A stretch of DNA of 64,000 nt from Rhodospirillaceae bacterium (GTDB taxonomy: Bacteria > Pseudomonadota > Alphaproteobacteria > MPNO01 > VGEU01). The stretch lies in contig JBFWQM010000003.1 in NCBI GenBank assembly GCA_050249455.1, positions 10,383-74,382 on the forward strand. Direction: 5' to 3'. Of the stretch, positions 9,737 through 20,112 are shown piece after piece. Under the pieces are notes generated by a model, which ran no database searches, was not told the origin of the DNA, and saw only the letters and a program-made list of their open reading frames with translations. The position numbers and the translations under genes were made by a program. Position 1 is the stretch's first letter. Every line of letters starts with the position of its first letter.

Positions 9737-10384
9737 TCAGGCCGGCAGCACGTCGCGGCGGATCGCCTCGAACACAGCGCGGAACATCGCCGCGGTCAAC
9801 CGTCCCGTGTTCGTGTTGTAGCGCGAGCAGTGGTAGCTGTCGGCCAGCACCATGCCGTCGGGCAGGCGGTGGATCGCGCCGTGGGCGAACGGGAACGCGG
9901 CCGCCCGCAGGCCGCGCGTGGCGATCACCGTGCCGTGGGCGAGGGCGCCCAACGCGACGATCACGGCAAGACGCGGCATCGCCGCCATCTCGCCGGCCAG
10001 GAAGCGCCGGCAGGTCCGGGTCTCCGCCGGGGTGGGCTTGTTCTCCGGCGGCACGCAGCGGACCCCGTTGGTGATTCGGCAGTCGATCAGCGAAAGGCCG
10101 TCGTCGGCGCTTTCGCCGTACTGCCCGGCGGCGAACCCGAACTCGCGTAGTGTGGCGTACAGCAGCACGCCGGCGTAGTCGCCGGTGAACGGCCGGCCGG
10201 TGCGGTTGGCGCCGCGCAGCCCCGGCGCCAGGCCGACCACGAGCAGCCGCGCATCAAGCCTGCCGAACGACGGCACGGGCGCGTTATGCCAGCCGGGCTG
10301 GGCGGTTCGGTTCGCGGCGCGGAAGGCGACGAGCCGCGGGCAGTCCGGGCAGTCGCGCCCGGGCTGCGGCGGTTCGGCGGTCAC
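9737..10384 (-). CDS. Uracil-DNA glycosylase, family 5 (Fe-S type)
   Basis: CxxCPRL, GLAPG..GANRTGRPFTGD, RCVPP.NKP, SYHCSRYNTNTG. Confidence 0.92.
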   Translation of the reverse strand: MTAEPPQPGRDCPDCPRLVAFRAANRTAQPGWHNAPVPSFGRLDARLLVVGLAPGLRGANRTGRPFTGDYAGVLLYATLREFGFAAGQYGESADDGLSLIDCRITNGVRCVPPENKPTPAETRTCRRFLAGEMAAMPRLAVIVALGALAHGTVIATRGLRAAAFPFAHGAIHRLPDGMVLADSYHCSRYNTNTGRLTAAMFRAVFEAIRRDVLPA

Positions 10385-10992
10385 GCGGCGGGGACTTGGC
10401 GGCCGTGGCCCTGGTTCTCCGCCGTCTCGCTCCGGTTGACGTGGCGCGAGATCATCGGGGCGAGGTCCTGCAGCTCGACGAAGACGTCCGCCTGGCGGCG
10501 CAGCTCGTCGGCGACCATCGGCGGGGCGGAGCGGAACGTCGAGACCACCGTCACCCGCACGCCCTTGCGCTGCACGGCCTCGACCAGCCGGCGGAAGTCG
10601 CCGTCGCCCGAGAACAGCACGATATGGTCGAGGTGGTCGGCCATCTCCAGCACGTCGATCGCCAGCTCGATGTCCATGTTGCCCTTGACCTTGCGGCGGC
10701 CGGTGGCGTCGACATATTCCTTGAGCGGCTTCGTGACCATCGTGTAGCCGTTGTAGTCCAGCCAGTCTACCAGCGGCCGGATCGGCGAGTATTCCTGGTC
10801 ATCGATAAGGGCGGTATAATAGAAGGCGCGGACCAGCCAGCCTTTTGTCGAAAACAGCTGCAAAAGGCTCTTGTAGTCTATGTCGAAGCCCAGCGCTCGG
10901 GCTGCCGAATAGAGGTTCGCACCATCGATGAACAAGGCAATGCGCTCTTGCTGATGAAAATTCATTGCAGGTGTCCTTGAAACGTCCGCCAT
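10381..10992 (-). CDS. NYN domain (LabA/DUF88) protein
   Basis: FIDGANL, KGNMDIELAID, LFSGDGDF, ELRRQAD.F; start could instead be 10965. Confidence 0.9.
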   Translation of the reverse strand: MADVSRTPAMNFHQQERIALFIDGANLYSAARALGFDIDYKSLLQLFSTKGWLVRAFYYTALIDDQEYSPIRPLVDWLDYNGYTMVTKPLKEYVDATGRRKVKGNMDIELAIDVLEMADHLDHIVLFSGDGDFRRLVEAVQRKGVRVTVVSTFRSAPPMVADELRRQADVFVELQDLAPMISRHVNRSETAENQGHGRQVPAA

Positions 10993-11126
10993 GATTTGAC
11001 GCCGCCCCGACGGGCTACTGAGATGGTTCCGCATGGGCGAGCCGCAAGCGGCGATGAGAAATACTTAACTCGATAATCCAAATCGGGCAAGTGAGCGTTA
11101 TAAGTTAACGGTAGACGGATTATCAG

Positions 11127-11633
11127 ATGATCCTCGTTGCGGTCGGCGGCAACCTCGCGGCGCCGGGCTTCGGCTCGCCGGTCGAAACCTGCGCGGCGTC
11201 GCTGGCCGAGCTGGAGCGCCGCGGCATCCAGATTACGCTGCAATCACAGTGGTATGACACGGCGCCGGTGCCGGTCTCCGACCAGCCGTGGTTCGTCAAC
11301 GGCGTCGTCGCCGTGGCGGCGGCCGTCGGGCCGCACGCGCTGCTCGCCATACTGCAGGACGTCGAATCTTCCTTTGGGCGGCGGCGGTCGGTGCCGAACG
11401 CAGCGCGGACATTGGACCTTGACCTGCTGGCCTACGACGGCCGGGTGGTCGCCGACGGCGCGCGCCTGATCCTACCGCACCCGCGGATGCACGAGCGGGC
11501 CTTCGTCCTGCTGCCGCTGGCCGAGATCGTGCCGGACTGGCGCCACCCCGTGACCGGACGATCGGTCGCCGAGATGATCGCGGCGCTGCCTCACGGGCAG
11601 CGCTGCGTGCCCTCGGCGCAGCGGAAAAAATGA
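11127..11633 (+). CDS. folK: 2-amino-4-hydroxy-6-hydroxymethyldihydropteridine diphosphokinase
   Basis: [32 protein letters not shown]. Confidence 0.95.
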   Translation: MILVAVGGNLAAPGFGSPVETCAASLAELERRGIQITLQSQWYDTAPVPVSDQPWFVNGVVAVAAAVGPHALLAILQDVESSFGRRRSVPNAARTLDLDLLAYDGRVVADGARLILPHPRMHERAFVLLPLAEIVPDWRHPVTGRSVAEMIAALPHGQRCVPSAQRKK

Positions 11634-11649
11634 TCGGCCTCTCAAGGCC

Positions 11650-11678
11650 TTGCCGTTTGCGATCGGCGCGCCTATACT
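11650..11678 (+). promoter_or_regulatory. Putative sigma-70 promoter for rpoZ-spoT
   Basis: TTGCCG-N17-TATACT 43 nt upstream of the rpoZ ATG. Confidence 0.6.
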
Positions 11679-11721
11679 CTTTCTCCCCACTATTCCGCTG
11701 GTTCCGCCGGGAGATGTCGCG

Positions 11722-12117
11722 ATGGCGCGGGTCACCGTAGAAGACTGCGTACTAAGAATACCCAATCGATTCAAACTGGTGTTGCTGTCGGCTCAGCGTT
11801 CGCGCGAGCTTTCGGTGGGCGCCCAGCTGACCGTCGACCGCGACAACGACAAGAACCCGGTCGTGGCGCTTCGCGAGATCGCCGACGGGACGGTCGACCT
11901 CGACGAGCTCGAGGTCGCGGCCGTGCAGGCGCTGCAGAAGCACGTCGACATCGACGAGCCGGTGGAAGAAGCCGACGAGATGCTCGCGATGCAGGAAGTG
12001 CTGAGCAGCGGCTTCGAGAATGTGAACCCGGGTGAGGAAGAAGAACTCGGCGAGATCGAGGAAGCCGAGGGGGGCGAGGAATCGTTCGAGGATGAATCGG
12101 GCGAGGAGGAGCGCTAA
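11722..12117 (+). CDS. rpoZ: RNA polymerase omega subunit
   Basis: [29 protein letters not shown]; acidic tail; GGAG RBS. Confidence 0.97.
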   Translation: MARVTVEDCVLRIPNRFKLVLLSAQRSRELSVGAQLTVDRDNDKNPVVALREIADGTVDLDELEVAAVQALQKHVDIDEPVEEADEMLAMQEVLSSGFENVNPGEEEELGEIEEAEGGEESFEDESGEEER

Positions 12118-12210
12118 CCCGCAGCCGGTTCGCCGGCCCGCAGCCGCCGCGCAACGGAGACCGTCCCGCGCGGCCCCGCCGTTCGCCCCGCTGACAGGGG
12201 TGGAAGCCCG

Positions 12211-14352
12211 ATGATTCGCCAGTTCGAGCTGGTCGAGCGCGTCAAGGCCTACGACCCGGCCGCCGACGAGGATTCGCTGAACCGCGCCTACGTGTTCAGC
12301 ATGAAGGCGCACGGCACCCAGAAGCGCGCTTCCGGCGACCCGTATTTCTCGCACCCGCTCGAGGTCGCCGGCATCCTGACCGAGCTCAAGCTCGACAGCG
12401 CCTCCATCGTCACCGCGCTGCTGCACGACACGGTGGAGGATACCGGCGCCACGGTGGAGGAGATCGACCGGCTGTTCGGGCCGGAGATCGGGCGCCTGGT
12501 CGACGGCGTCACCAAGCTGTCGCGCCTGGAGCTGCAGTCCGACAGCGCCAAGCAGGCGGAGAACTTCCGCAAGCTGCTGCTGGCCACGTCGGAGGACATC
12601 CGCGTCCTCCTGGTGAAGCTCGCGGACCGGCTGCACAACATGCGCACGCTGCACTACATCAAGTCACCGGAGAAGCGGCTGCGAATCGCCCGCGAGACGA
12701 TGGAGATCTATGCACCGCTCGCCGAGCGGATGGGCATGCAGGAGATGAAGGACGAGCTCGAGGACCTGTCGTTCCGCGAGCTGAACCCGGACGCCCATGC
12801 CTCGATCGTCACCCGGCTGCAGTTCCTGCGCGAGCAGGGCCAGGCGATCGTGCCGCGCATCGCAGAGACGCTGCGCCAGACCCTGGCCGCCGCCGGCATC
12901 GAGGCGACGGTCACTGGGCGGGAAAAGCGGCCCTACTCGATCTGGGCCAAGATGCAGCGCAAGAACGTCACGTTCGAGCAGCTTTCCGACATCATGGCCT
13001 TCCGCATCTTCGTCGAGTCGCCGGCCGACTGCTACCGCGCGCTCGGCGTGGTGCACAGCCACTATGCGTTCGTCCCGGGCCGGTTCAAGGACTACGTCTC
13101 GACGCCGAAGCCGAACGGCTACCAGTCGCTGCACACCTCGGTGATCGGCCCGGAGATGCGGCGCATCGAGGTCCAGATCCGCACCCGCGAGATGCACGAG
13201 GTCGCCGAGCTCGGCGTCGCCGCGCACTGGGTCTACAAGTCCGGCGCCGGCGAGAAGGAGGGCCGCCAGTACCGCTGGCTGCGCGAGCTGCTCGACATCC
13301 TTGAACACGCCTCGGGGCCGGAGGAGTTCCTCGAGCACACCAAGCTCGAGATGTTCCGCGACCAGGTGTTCTGCTTCACGCCGAAGGGCGACCTGATCGC
13401 GCTGCCGCGCGGCTCCACGCCGGTCGATTTCGCCTACGCGGTGCACTCGGAGGTCGGCGACCGCTGCGTCGCGGCCAAGATCAACGGCCGACTGATGCCG
13501 CTGCGCACCCCGCTGCAGAACGGCGACCAGGTGGAGGTCGTGACCGCCGCCACCGGCTCGCCGTCGCCGACCTGGGAGCAGTTCGTCGTTTCCGGCAAGG
13601 CGCGCGCGCGCATCCGCCGCTACATCCGCACCGCACAGCGCACCGAGTATGTCCGGCTGGGCGAGGCGATCCTGCGCCGCGCCTTCCGCGACGCCCGCCG
13701 CAACCTGATGCCCGAGACCCTGGAAGGGGTGCTCGACGCGTTCGAGGTGAAGACGGTCGAAGACCTCTACGCGGCTGTCGGCAGCGGCACGGTCACCGGC
13801 GTCGAGGTGGTGCGGGCGGTCTATCCGTCCGGCCCGGCGGAGGCCGACGGCAACGTGGTGCCGTTCCCGACCGCCGACCAGCGCGGTAAGGACGCGCCGC
13901 ACGCCATCCCGATCCGCGGGCTGACGCCGGGGATGGCGGTGCACTTCTCCAACTGCTGCCATGCGCTGCCGGGCGACCGCATCGTCGGCATCCTCACCGC
14001 GGGGAAGGGCGTGGCGATCCACACCATCGACTGCGAGACCCTGGAGAGCTTCCAGGACACGCCGGAGCGCTGGCTCGACGTCTCCTGGGACATCGAGGCG
14101 GAGGCGCCGTCCAACTTGGTCGGGCGGATCAACCTGGTGGTCGCCAACGAGCGCGGCTCGCTCGGTACCCTGTCGACCGTGATCGCCAAGAACCTTGGCA
14201 ACATCAACAACCTGAAGATCACCAACCGTTCGAAGGACTTCTTCGAGATGGTGCTGGACATCGAGGTGCGCGACGCCCGCCACCTCACCGACATCATCGC
14301 GGCGCTGCGCGCCACGCCGGCGGTGAACTCGGTCGACCGGGCGCGCGGCTGA
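12211..14352 (+). CDS. spoT: Bifunctional (p)ppGpp synthetase/hydrolase (long RSH)
   Basis: R.SGDPY..HP, intact HD (LLHDTVEDT), RFKDY, YQSLHT, TGS and ACT domains. Confidence 0.96.
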   Translation: MIRQFELVERVKAYDPAADEDSLNRAYVFSMKAHGTQKRASGDPYFSHPLEVAGILTELKLDSASIVTALLHDTVEDTGATVEEIDRLFGPEIGRLVDGVTKLSRLELQSDSAKQAENFRKLLLATSEDIRVLLVKLADRLHNMRTLHYIKSPEKRLRIARETMEIYAPLAERMGMQEMKDELEDLSFRELNPDAHASIVTRLQFLREQGQAIVPRIAETLRQTLAAAGIEATVTGREKRPYSIWAKMQRKNVTFEQLSDIMAFRIFVESPADCYRALGVVHSHYAFVPGRFKDYVSTPKPNGYQSLHTSVIGPEMRRIEVQIRTREMHEVAELGVAAHWVYKSGAGEKEGRQYRWLRELLDILEHASGPEEFLEHTKLEMFRDQVFCFTPKGDLIALPRGSTPVDFAYAVHSEVGDRCVAAKINGRLMPLRTPLQNGDQVEVVTAATGSPSPTWEQFVVSGKARARIRRYIRTAQRTEYVRLGEAILRRAFRDARRNLMPETLEGVLDAFEVKTVEDLYAAVGSGTVTGVEVVRAVYPSGPAEADGNVVPFPTADQRGKDAPHAIPIRGLTPGMAVHFSNCCHALPGDRIVGILTAGKGVAIHTIDCETLESFQDTPERWLDVSWDIEAEAPSNLVGRINLVVANERGSLGTLSTVIAKNLGNINNLKITNRSKDFFEMVLDIEVRDARHLTDIIAALRATPAVNSVDRARG

Positions 14353-14355
14353 CCC

Positions 14356-15108
14356 GTGGCGGCGCGCCCGCTCCGCCTCGGGGTCAACGTCGACCATGTC
14401 GCCACCGTGCGCAACGCGCGCGGCGGCGGCCATCCCGATCCCGTCCGCGCCGCGCTGGCGGCGGAAGCGGCGGGCGCCGACGGCATCACCGCCCACCTGC
14501 GCGAGGACCGGCGCCACATCCGCGACGCCGACATCGCCGCGCTGATGCAGCGGCTGCGCGCGCCGCTCAACTTCGAGATGGCTGCGACGCCCGAGATGGC
14601 GCGGATCGCGCTGGCGCACCGGCCGCATGCCGCCTGCCTGGTGCCGGAAAAACGTGAGGAGCGCACCACCGAGGGCGGCCTCGACGTCGCGGGCGCGGCG
14701 GTGCGGCTGGCCGAATTCATCGCCCCGCTGGTCGCAGCCGGCATCCGGGTCTCGATGTTCGTCGAGCCTGACCCGCGCCAGCTGGACGCCGCGCGCGCCA
14801 TCGGCGCACCGGTGGTGGAGCTGCACACCGGCGCCTACTGCGAGGCGGCGGGTGAGGAGCGGGCGCGCGAGCTGGCGCGCCTGCGGGCCGCCGCCGCGCA
14901 TGCCGCGGCGATCGGCCTCGAATGCCACGCCGGGCACGGCCTCGACTTCGACACCGTCGGCGCGGTCGCCGCGATTCCAACCGTGGTCGAGCTCAACATC
15001 GGGCACTTCCTTGTCGGCGAGGCGATCTTCACCGGCCTCGACGCCGCGATCCGGCGCATGCGCGCGGCGATGGACGCCGCCCGCCGGGGCGATCTGGACC
15101 GGGCATGA
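14356..15108 (+). CDS. pdxJ: Pyridoxine 5'-phosphate synthase
   Basis: [34 protein letters not shown]. Confidence 0.97.
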   Translation: MAARPLRLGVNVDHVATVRNARGGGHPDPVRAALAAEAAGADGITAHLREDRRHIRDADIAALMQRLRAPLNFEMAATPEMARIALAHRPHAACLVPEKREERTTEGGLDVAGAAVRLAEFIAPLVAAGIRVSMFVEPDPRQLDAARAIGAPVVELHTGAYCEAAGEERARELARLRAAAAHAAAIGLECHAGHGLDFDTVGAVAAIPTVVELNIGHFLVGEAIFTGLDAAIRRMRAAMDAARRGDLDRA

Positions 15109-15512
15109 TCCTCGGCATCGGCAACGACATCATCGACATCGGGCGCATCGAGCGCACCATCGCGCGCTTCGGCGACCGCTTCCTGGCGCGCGTCTTCACC
15201 GACGTCGAGCGCGCCCGCTCCGACCGGCGCGCCAACCGCGCCGCGTCCTACGCCAAGCGCTACGCCGCCAAGGAGGCGTGCTCCAAGGCGCTCGGCACCG
15301 GCTTCCGCCAGGGCGTGTTCTGGCGCGACATGGGGGTGGTCAACCTGCGCACCGGGCGGCCGACGTTGCTGCTGACCGGCGGGGCCGCGGCGCGGCTGTC
15401 CGCCATGACGCCGCCGGGCATGACCGCCGAGATCCACCTGACGCTGACCGACGAGCCGCCGCTCGCGCAGGCGATCGTGCTGATCACCGCGCTGCGCGGG
15501 CCCGGCGGTTGA
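15105..15512 (+). CDS. acpS: Holo-[acyl-carrier-protein] synthase
   Basis: [23 protein letters not shown]; ATGA overlap with pdxJ. Confidence 0.96.
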   Translation: MILGIGNDIIDIGRIERTIARFGDRFLARVFTDVERARSDRRANRAASYAKRYAAKEACSKALGTGFRQGVFWRDMGVVNLRTGRPTLLLTGGAAARLSAMTPPGMTAEIHLTLTDEPPLAQAIVLITALRGPGG

Positions 15513-15629
15513 CGGCGCGCGGTCGGGTTGCCACTTGACAGCCTGTGGAGCCGCTGGCTTGATCGGTCCGGCCCGGCCCGGAGGTCGCCAGCGCGCGTAA
15601 GATTCTTGAAGAATTCCACGTACCCTCTG

Positions 15630-16370
15630 ATGACAGCAAAAAAACAAGGCGGGCTCTGGGAGACCGTCAAGACGGTGATCTACGCCGTCCTGATCGCGCT
15701 CGTCATCCGTACCGTGGCGTTCGAGCCGTTCAATATTCCTTCCGGGTCGATGATCCCGTCGCTGCTGATCGGCGACTACTTGTTCGTCTCCAAGTATTCC
15801 TACGGCTACAGCCGGTATTCCATGCCGCTGGGCCTGCCGCTGTTCAGCGGCCGCGTGTTCAAGGGCGAGCCGGAGCGCGGCGACATCGCCGTGTTCAAGC
15901 TGCCCAGCGACAACAAGACCGACTACATCAAGCGGATCGTCGGGCTGCCCGGCGACCGCATCCAGATGAAGCAGGGCCGCCTCTACATCAACGACGCGCT
16001 GGTCGAGCGCCGCCGGGTCGAGGACTACATCGAGACCGACCGGTTCGGGAACGTCGTGCGCACGCCGCAATACGTCGAGACGCTGCCGAACGGGCGCCAG
16101 CACCGCATCCTGGAGATCAGCGACAACGGCGCGCTCGACAACACCGGCGTCTTCGTCGTGCCGAAGAACCACTACTTCGCGATGGGCGACAACCGCGACA
16201 ACTCGCTCGACAGCCGGGTGCTCAACGGCGTCGGCTACGTGCCGGCCGAGAACCTGGTCGGCCGCGCCGAGATCCTGTTCTTCTCCACCAACGGCAGCGC
16301 GAGCCTGTGGGAATTCTGGAAGTGGCCGGGGGCGATTCGCTTCGGGCGGTTCTTCCAAACTCTCTCCTAG
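15630..16370 (+). CDS. lepB: Signal peptidase I
   Basis: IPSGSM (Ser), DYIKR (Lys), MGDNRDNSLDSR. Confidence 0.96.
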   Translation: MTAKKQGGLWETVKTVIYAVLIALVIRTVAFEPFNIPSGSMIPSLLIGDYLFVSKYSYGYSRYSMPLGLPLFSGRVFKGEPERGDIAVFKLPSDNKTDYIKRIVGLPGDRIQMKQGRLYINDALVERRRVEDYIETDRFGNVVRTPQYVETLPNGRQHRILEISDNGALDNTGVFVVPKNHYFAMGDNRDNSLDSRVLNGVGYVPAENLVGRAEILFFSTNGSASLWEFWKWPGAIRFGRFFQTLS

Positions 16371-17068
16371 TGCCCGACCGTCCGCCGCTCGACGAGCTGA
16401 TGACCGCGCTGGGGCACCGCTTCGCGGCGCCCGAGATGCTGGAGCGCGCCGTCAGCCATTCCAGCGCCTCGGACGACCGCGCCGCGCCGATGAGCTACGA
16501 GCGGCTGGAATTCCTCGGCGACCGCGTGCTGTCGCTGGTGGTCACAGAGATGCTGTTCCGCCGCTTCGAGCACGAGCGCGAGGGGCCGCTGGCCCGGCGC
16601 CTCGCGGCGCTGGTCGACCGCGACAGCCTGGTGGCGGTGGCGCGCGAGATCGGCCTCGGCCGGTTCATCAAGATGTCGATGGGCGAGGTGCAGGCCGGCA
16701 CGCGCGACCAGCCGACGGTGATCGCCGACGCCTGCGAGGCGGTGATCGGCGCGCTCTACCTCGACGGCGGGCTGCCGGCGGCGGCGCAGTTCATCGAGCG
16801 TCTGTGGTCGCCGATGGTGACGCCCGAGCCGCCGCGCGATCCCAAGACGACTCTGCAGGAATGGGCCCAGGCCGGGCGGCGGAAGCTGCCGCGCTACCGC
16901 GTGGTCGACGTCTCCGGCCCGCCGCACAACCCGCTGTTCACCGTGGAGGTGCGTGTCGATCCGCTGCCGACGGTGACCGCGCAGGGCAGTTCCAAGCGGG
17001 TGGCGGAGCAGGCCGCGGCGCAGCAGCTCTTGGCGCTGATCGAGCGGCACGAAACCGATGGCGGATGA
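16370..17068 (+). CDS. rnc: Ribonuclease III
   Basis: ERLEFLGD signature, ADACEA.IGA.YLD, dsRBD DPKT.LQE. Confidence 0.96.
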   Translation: MPDRPPLDELMTALGHRFAAPEMLERAVSHSSASDDRAAPMSYERLEFLGDRVLSLVVTEMLFRRFEHEREGPLARRLAALVDRDSLVAVAREIGLGRFIKMSMGEVQAGTRDQPTVIADACEAVIGALYLDGGLPAAAQFIERLWSPMVTPEPPRDPKTTLQEWAQAGRRKLPRYRVVDVSGPPHNPLFTVEVRVDPLPTVTAQGSSKRVAEQAAAQQLLALIERHETDGG

Positions 17069-17975
17069 TCCGCGCCGCGCCGGCTTCGTCGCCGTGGTCG
17101 GCGCGCCGAACGCCGGCAAGTCCACCCTGGTCAACCAGCTCGTCGGCGCCAAGGTCACCATCGTCACGCCGAAGGCGCAGACCACCCGCGCGCGCATCCT
17201 CGCGATCTGCGTCGAAGGCGACAGCCAGATCGTCTTCGTCGATACGCCCGGCATCTTCGCGCCGCGCCGACGGCTCGACCGCGCGATGGTCGCCGCCGCC
17301 TGGACCGGCGCCGGCGACGCCGACGAGGTCGTGCTGGTCGTCGACGCCACCGCCCGGGTCGGCGAGGTCATCGACCGCATCGTCGCGGGGCTGCGCAAGG
17401 CCGGTCGCCCGGCTGTCCTGGTCCTCAACAAGATCGACCTGATCAAGCGCGAGAAGCTGCTCGGCCTCGCCAGCCGCTTCGATGCCGAAGGCGTGTTCAC
17501 CGACATATTCATGGTCTCGGCGCTGACCGGCGACGGCGTCGCCGACCTGCGCCGTACGCTGGCGGCGCGGCTGCCGGAAGGGCCCTGGCTCTACCCCGAG
17601 GACCAGCTCAGCGACATCAACGACCGGCTGTTCGCCGCGGAGATCACCCGCGAGCAGCTCTTCCTGAAGCTGTACCAGGAAGTGCCGTACTCGCTGACCG
17701 TCGAGACCGAGGAGTGGGAGGAGTTCCGCGACGGAAGCGTACGGGTCAAGCAGGCGATCCTGGTCGAGCGCGACACCCAGCGCGCCATCGTGCTCGGCAA
17801 GGGCGGCCACACCATCAAGACGATCGGCGCCGCCGCCCGCGCCGAGCTGGAGGGCCACTTCGGCCGCAAGGTCCACCTGCTGCTGGAGGTCCTGGTCCGC
17901 GCCAACTGGGCCGAGGACCCGGAGCATTACGACGCTATCGGCCTCGAGTACGAGCCGGACCGGAAGCGGAAGTAG
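17058..17975 (+). CDS. era: GTPase Era
   Basis: GAPNAGKS, QTTR, DTPG, NKID, KH domain. Confidence 0.97.
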   Translation: MADDPRRAGFVAVVGAPNAGKSTLVNQLVGAKVTIVTPKAQTTRARILAICVEGDSQIVFVDTPGIFAPRRRLDRAMVAAAWTGAGDADEVVLVVDATARVGEVIDRIVAGLRKAGRPAVLVLNKIDLIKREKLLGLASRFDAEGVFTDIFMVSALTGDGVADLRRTLAARLPEGPWLYPEDQLSDINDRLFAAEITREQLFLKLYQEVPYSLTVETEEWEEFRDGSVRVKQAILVERDTQRAIVLGKGGHTIKTIGAAARAELEGHFGRKVHLLLEVLVRANWAEDPEHYDAIGLEYEPDRKRK

Positions 17976-18043
17976 CGCGCGCCTTGCCGCCCGCCGCGCG
18001 CGGAGGCACCATCGCCGGGCTGTACCGGACGGGGAGGGGACGC

Positions 18044-18982
18044 GTGGCCGCGAAATTCGGGTACCTGCTGCCGACCCGCGAGCGGGTGATGGAGGGCAAG
18101 CCGGCCGCTTTGCCGCTGCTGGACCTTGCCGTGCGCGCGGAGACGATCGGCCTCGACTCGGTCTGGATCGGCGACTCGCTGATCGACCGGCCGCGGCACG
18201 AGCCGCTGACGATGCTGGCCGCGGTGGCGGCGCGGACGCGCAAGGTAGCGCTCGGCACCGCCGTGTTGCTGCCGGCGCTGCGTAACCCGGTGGTGCTGGC
18301 GCACCTGGCGGCCACGGTCGACCAGATCAGCGAGGGGCGCCTGATCCTCGGCATCGGGATCAGCGTCGACCAGCCGCGCATGCGCGCCGAGTTCGAGGCC
18401 GCCGGCGTGCCGTTCGACAAGCGCGTCGGGCGCATCCTCGAAGGGATGCGGCTGTGCCGCGCGCTGTGGACCGGCGACAAGGTCGACTGGGACGGCCGCT
18501 GGCACCTGGAGGGCGCGCAGATCGGCCCGGTGCCGCACCGGCCCGGCGGGCCGCCGATCTGGATGGGCGGCTCCTCGCCCGGCAGCATCCAGCGCGCCGG
18601 CAAGTATTTCGACGGCTGGTTTCCGATCTCGCCGCCGCCGGCAAAATTCGCGGCGCAGTGGGCGGAGGTGCAGCAGGTGGCGCGCGATGCGGGCCGCGAC
18701 CCGGCGGCGCTGACCGGCGCGATCTACCTGACGGTGTGCGTCGACGAGGACGCCGCGCGCGCCGAGGCGCGGATCGGCGACTTCCTGGAGAGCTACTATC
18801 CCGGCCGCGGCGCGTTCATGAAGCGGGCCCAGTCGTGGTACGCCGGGCCCAAGGCCGGCGCGGTCGACTGGCTCGCCGCCTACATCGCCGGCGGCGCCAG
18901 CCACTTCATCATCCGCTTCCCCGGCGACCACGAGCGCCACCTCGACGTGCTGGCCGACATCCGCGTACAGCTCGCCGGATAG
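18044..18982 (+). CDS. LLM-class (luciferase-like) flavin-dependent oxidoreductase
   Basis: DSVWIGDS, LGTAVL, ATVDQISEGRLILG.G, PPIWMGG, DGW; GTG start after a GGAGGG RBS. Confidence 0.88.
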   Translation: MAAKFGYLLPTRERVMEGKPAALPLLDLAVRAETIGLDSVWIGDSLIDRPRHEPLTMLAAVAARTRKVALGTAVLLPALRNPVVLAHLAATVDQISEGRLILGIGISVDQPRMRAEFEAAGVPFDKRVGRILEGMRLCRALWTGDKVDWDGRWHLEGAQIGPVPHRPGGPPIWMGGSSPGSIQRAGKYFDGWFPISPPPAKFAAQWAEVQQVARDAGRDPAALTGAIYLTVCVDEDAARAEARIGDFLESYYPGRGAFMKRAQSWYAGPKAGAVDWLAAYIAGGASHFIIRFPGDHERHLDVLADIRVQLAG

Positions 18983-19019
18983 GCGCAAGCGTCCCGCAAC
19001 GCGCGTCCGCAGGCCGGCA

Positions 19020-19074
19020 GCCGCCCACCTCTCCCTCCCCATCGATTCGCGACGGGGAGGAAGAGGTGGGCAGC
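19020..19074 (-). repeat. 25-bp-stem intergenic hairpin (REP-like or RNA 3'-end structure)
   Basis: Arms 19020-19044 and 19050-19074 pair at 22/25 positions; lies between convergent LLM and apbE genes. Confidence 0.7.
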
Positions 19075-19108
19075 CTCGGCGTTCGCTCGCGAGGCGTTCT
19101 CCGCGGCG

Positions 19109-20107
19109 TCAGTCCAGCATCGCGAGGAACGCCGGCGTCATCGTTTCTGGCAGGCGATCGCCGCCGCCGTCGCGCGCGACGAACAGCGCGGCGATGCCGC
19201 GGGCGCAGGCGAAGTCGTAGCCCGCCTGCGGCCCCAGCACGGTCAGCGCCGTCGCCAGCGCGTCGGCCTGCATGCACGACGGGTGCAGAACCGTCACCGC
19301 GACCAGCCCGTGCGACACCGGCCGCCCGGTGCGGGGGTCGATGGTGTGGGCGTAGCGGATGCCGCCCGAGTCGAAGAAGCGGCGATAGTCGCCCGACGTG
19401 GCGACGGCGAGGCCGTGCAGCGCGACGATGGTCTCGGGCATGTCGGCGCGCGGGCGGTCCGGCGCGACCCACCACGGCTTGCCGTCGGGCTTGGTCCCGG
19501 CGCCGCGCAGCTCGCCGCCGACCTCCACCAGGTAGCAGGTCAGGCCGGCATCGCGCAGGCAATCGGCGACCGCGTCGACGCCGAAGCCCTTGGCGATCGC
19601 GGACAGGTCGAGGCGGACGCCGCCCGGCTGGCGCGCCCGCCGTCGCGCCGCATCGATCTCGAGCCGTGCCCAGCCGACCGGCCCGGCGACCGCCTCGATC
19701 GCCGCCGCCGGCGGCGGCTCGGTGCGCCGGCCCGCGGGCCCGAAGCCCCACAGGTCGACCAGCGGACCGACTGTAGGGTCGAACGCTCCGTCCGTCTCGC
19801 GCGCCAGCGCCAGCGCGGCTGTCAGGACGGCGAGGAATTCCTCGGGCAGGGCCAGCCATGTGCCGGCCGGCGCGGCGTTGAACCGCGACAAGTCGGAGTC
19901 GGGCCGATAGGTGCTCATCTGCGCCACGACGCGGTCGAGCGCGTGCTGGATGCGCGCGCGCAGAGCGACGAAGTCGATGTCGGGCGGCGCGGCGACGCGG
20001 ACCGTCCACGTCGTCCCCATCGTCTCGCCGACCAGTGTCGCCACTCGCGCGCCGGCCGCCGGTGCGTCCGGCGGCGCGGCGAGCGCGGGGACCGCGACGC
20101 GCCGCAC
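19109..20107 (-). CDS. apbE: FAD:protein FMN transferase ApbE
   Basis: TMGT, MSTY..DS.LSRFN, GAFDPTVGPL..LWGF, DLSAIAKG, EVGGE, ATSGDY, H.IDPRTG, ADALATA; GTG start inferred. Confidence 0.93.
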   Translation of the reverse strand: MRRVAVPALAAPPDAPAAGARVATLVGETMGTTWTVRVAAPPDIDFVALRARIQHALDRVVAQMSTYRPDSDLSRFNAAPAGTWLALPEEFLAVLTAALALARETDGAFDPTVGPLVDLWGFGPAGRRTEPPPAAAIEAVAGPVGWARLEIDAARRRARQPGGVRLDLSAIAKGFGVDAVADCLRDAGLTCYLVEVGGELRGAGTKPDGKPWWVAPDRPRADMPETIVALHGLAVATSGDYRRFFDSGGIRYAHTIDPRTGRPVSHGLVAVTVLHPSCMQADALATALTVLGPQAGYDFACARGIAALFVARDGGGDRLPETMTPAFLAMLD

Positions 20108-20112
20108 GGCGA

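Noticed and set aside
9737-10992. NYN nuclease plus UDG as a defence system
   Set aside because: NYN next to folK-rpoZ is a common alphaproteobacterial core arrangement, with no defence-island context here
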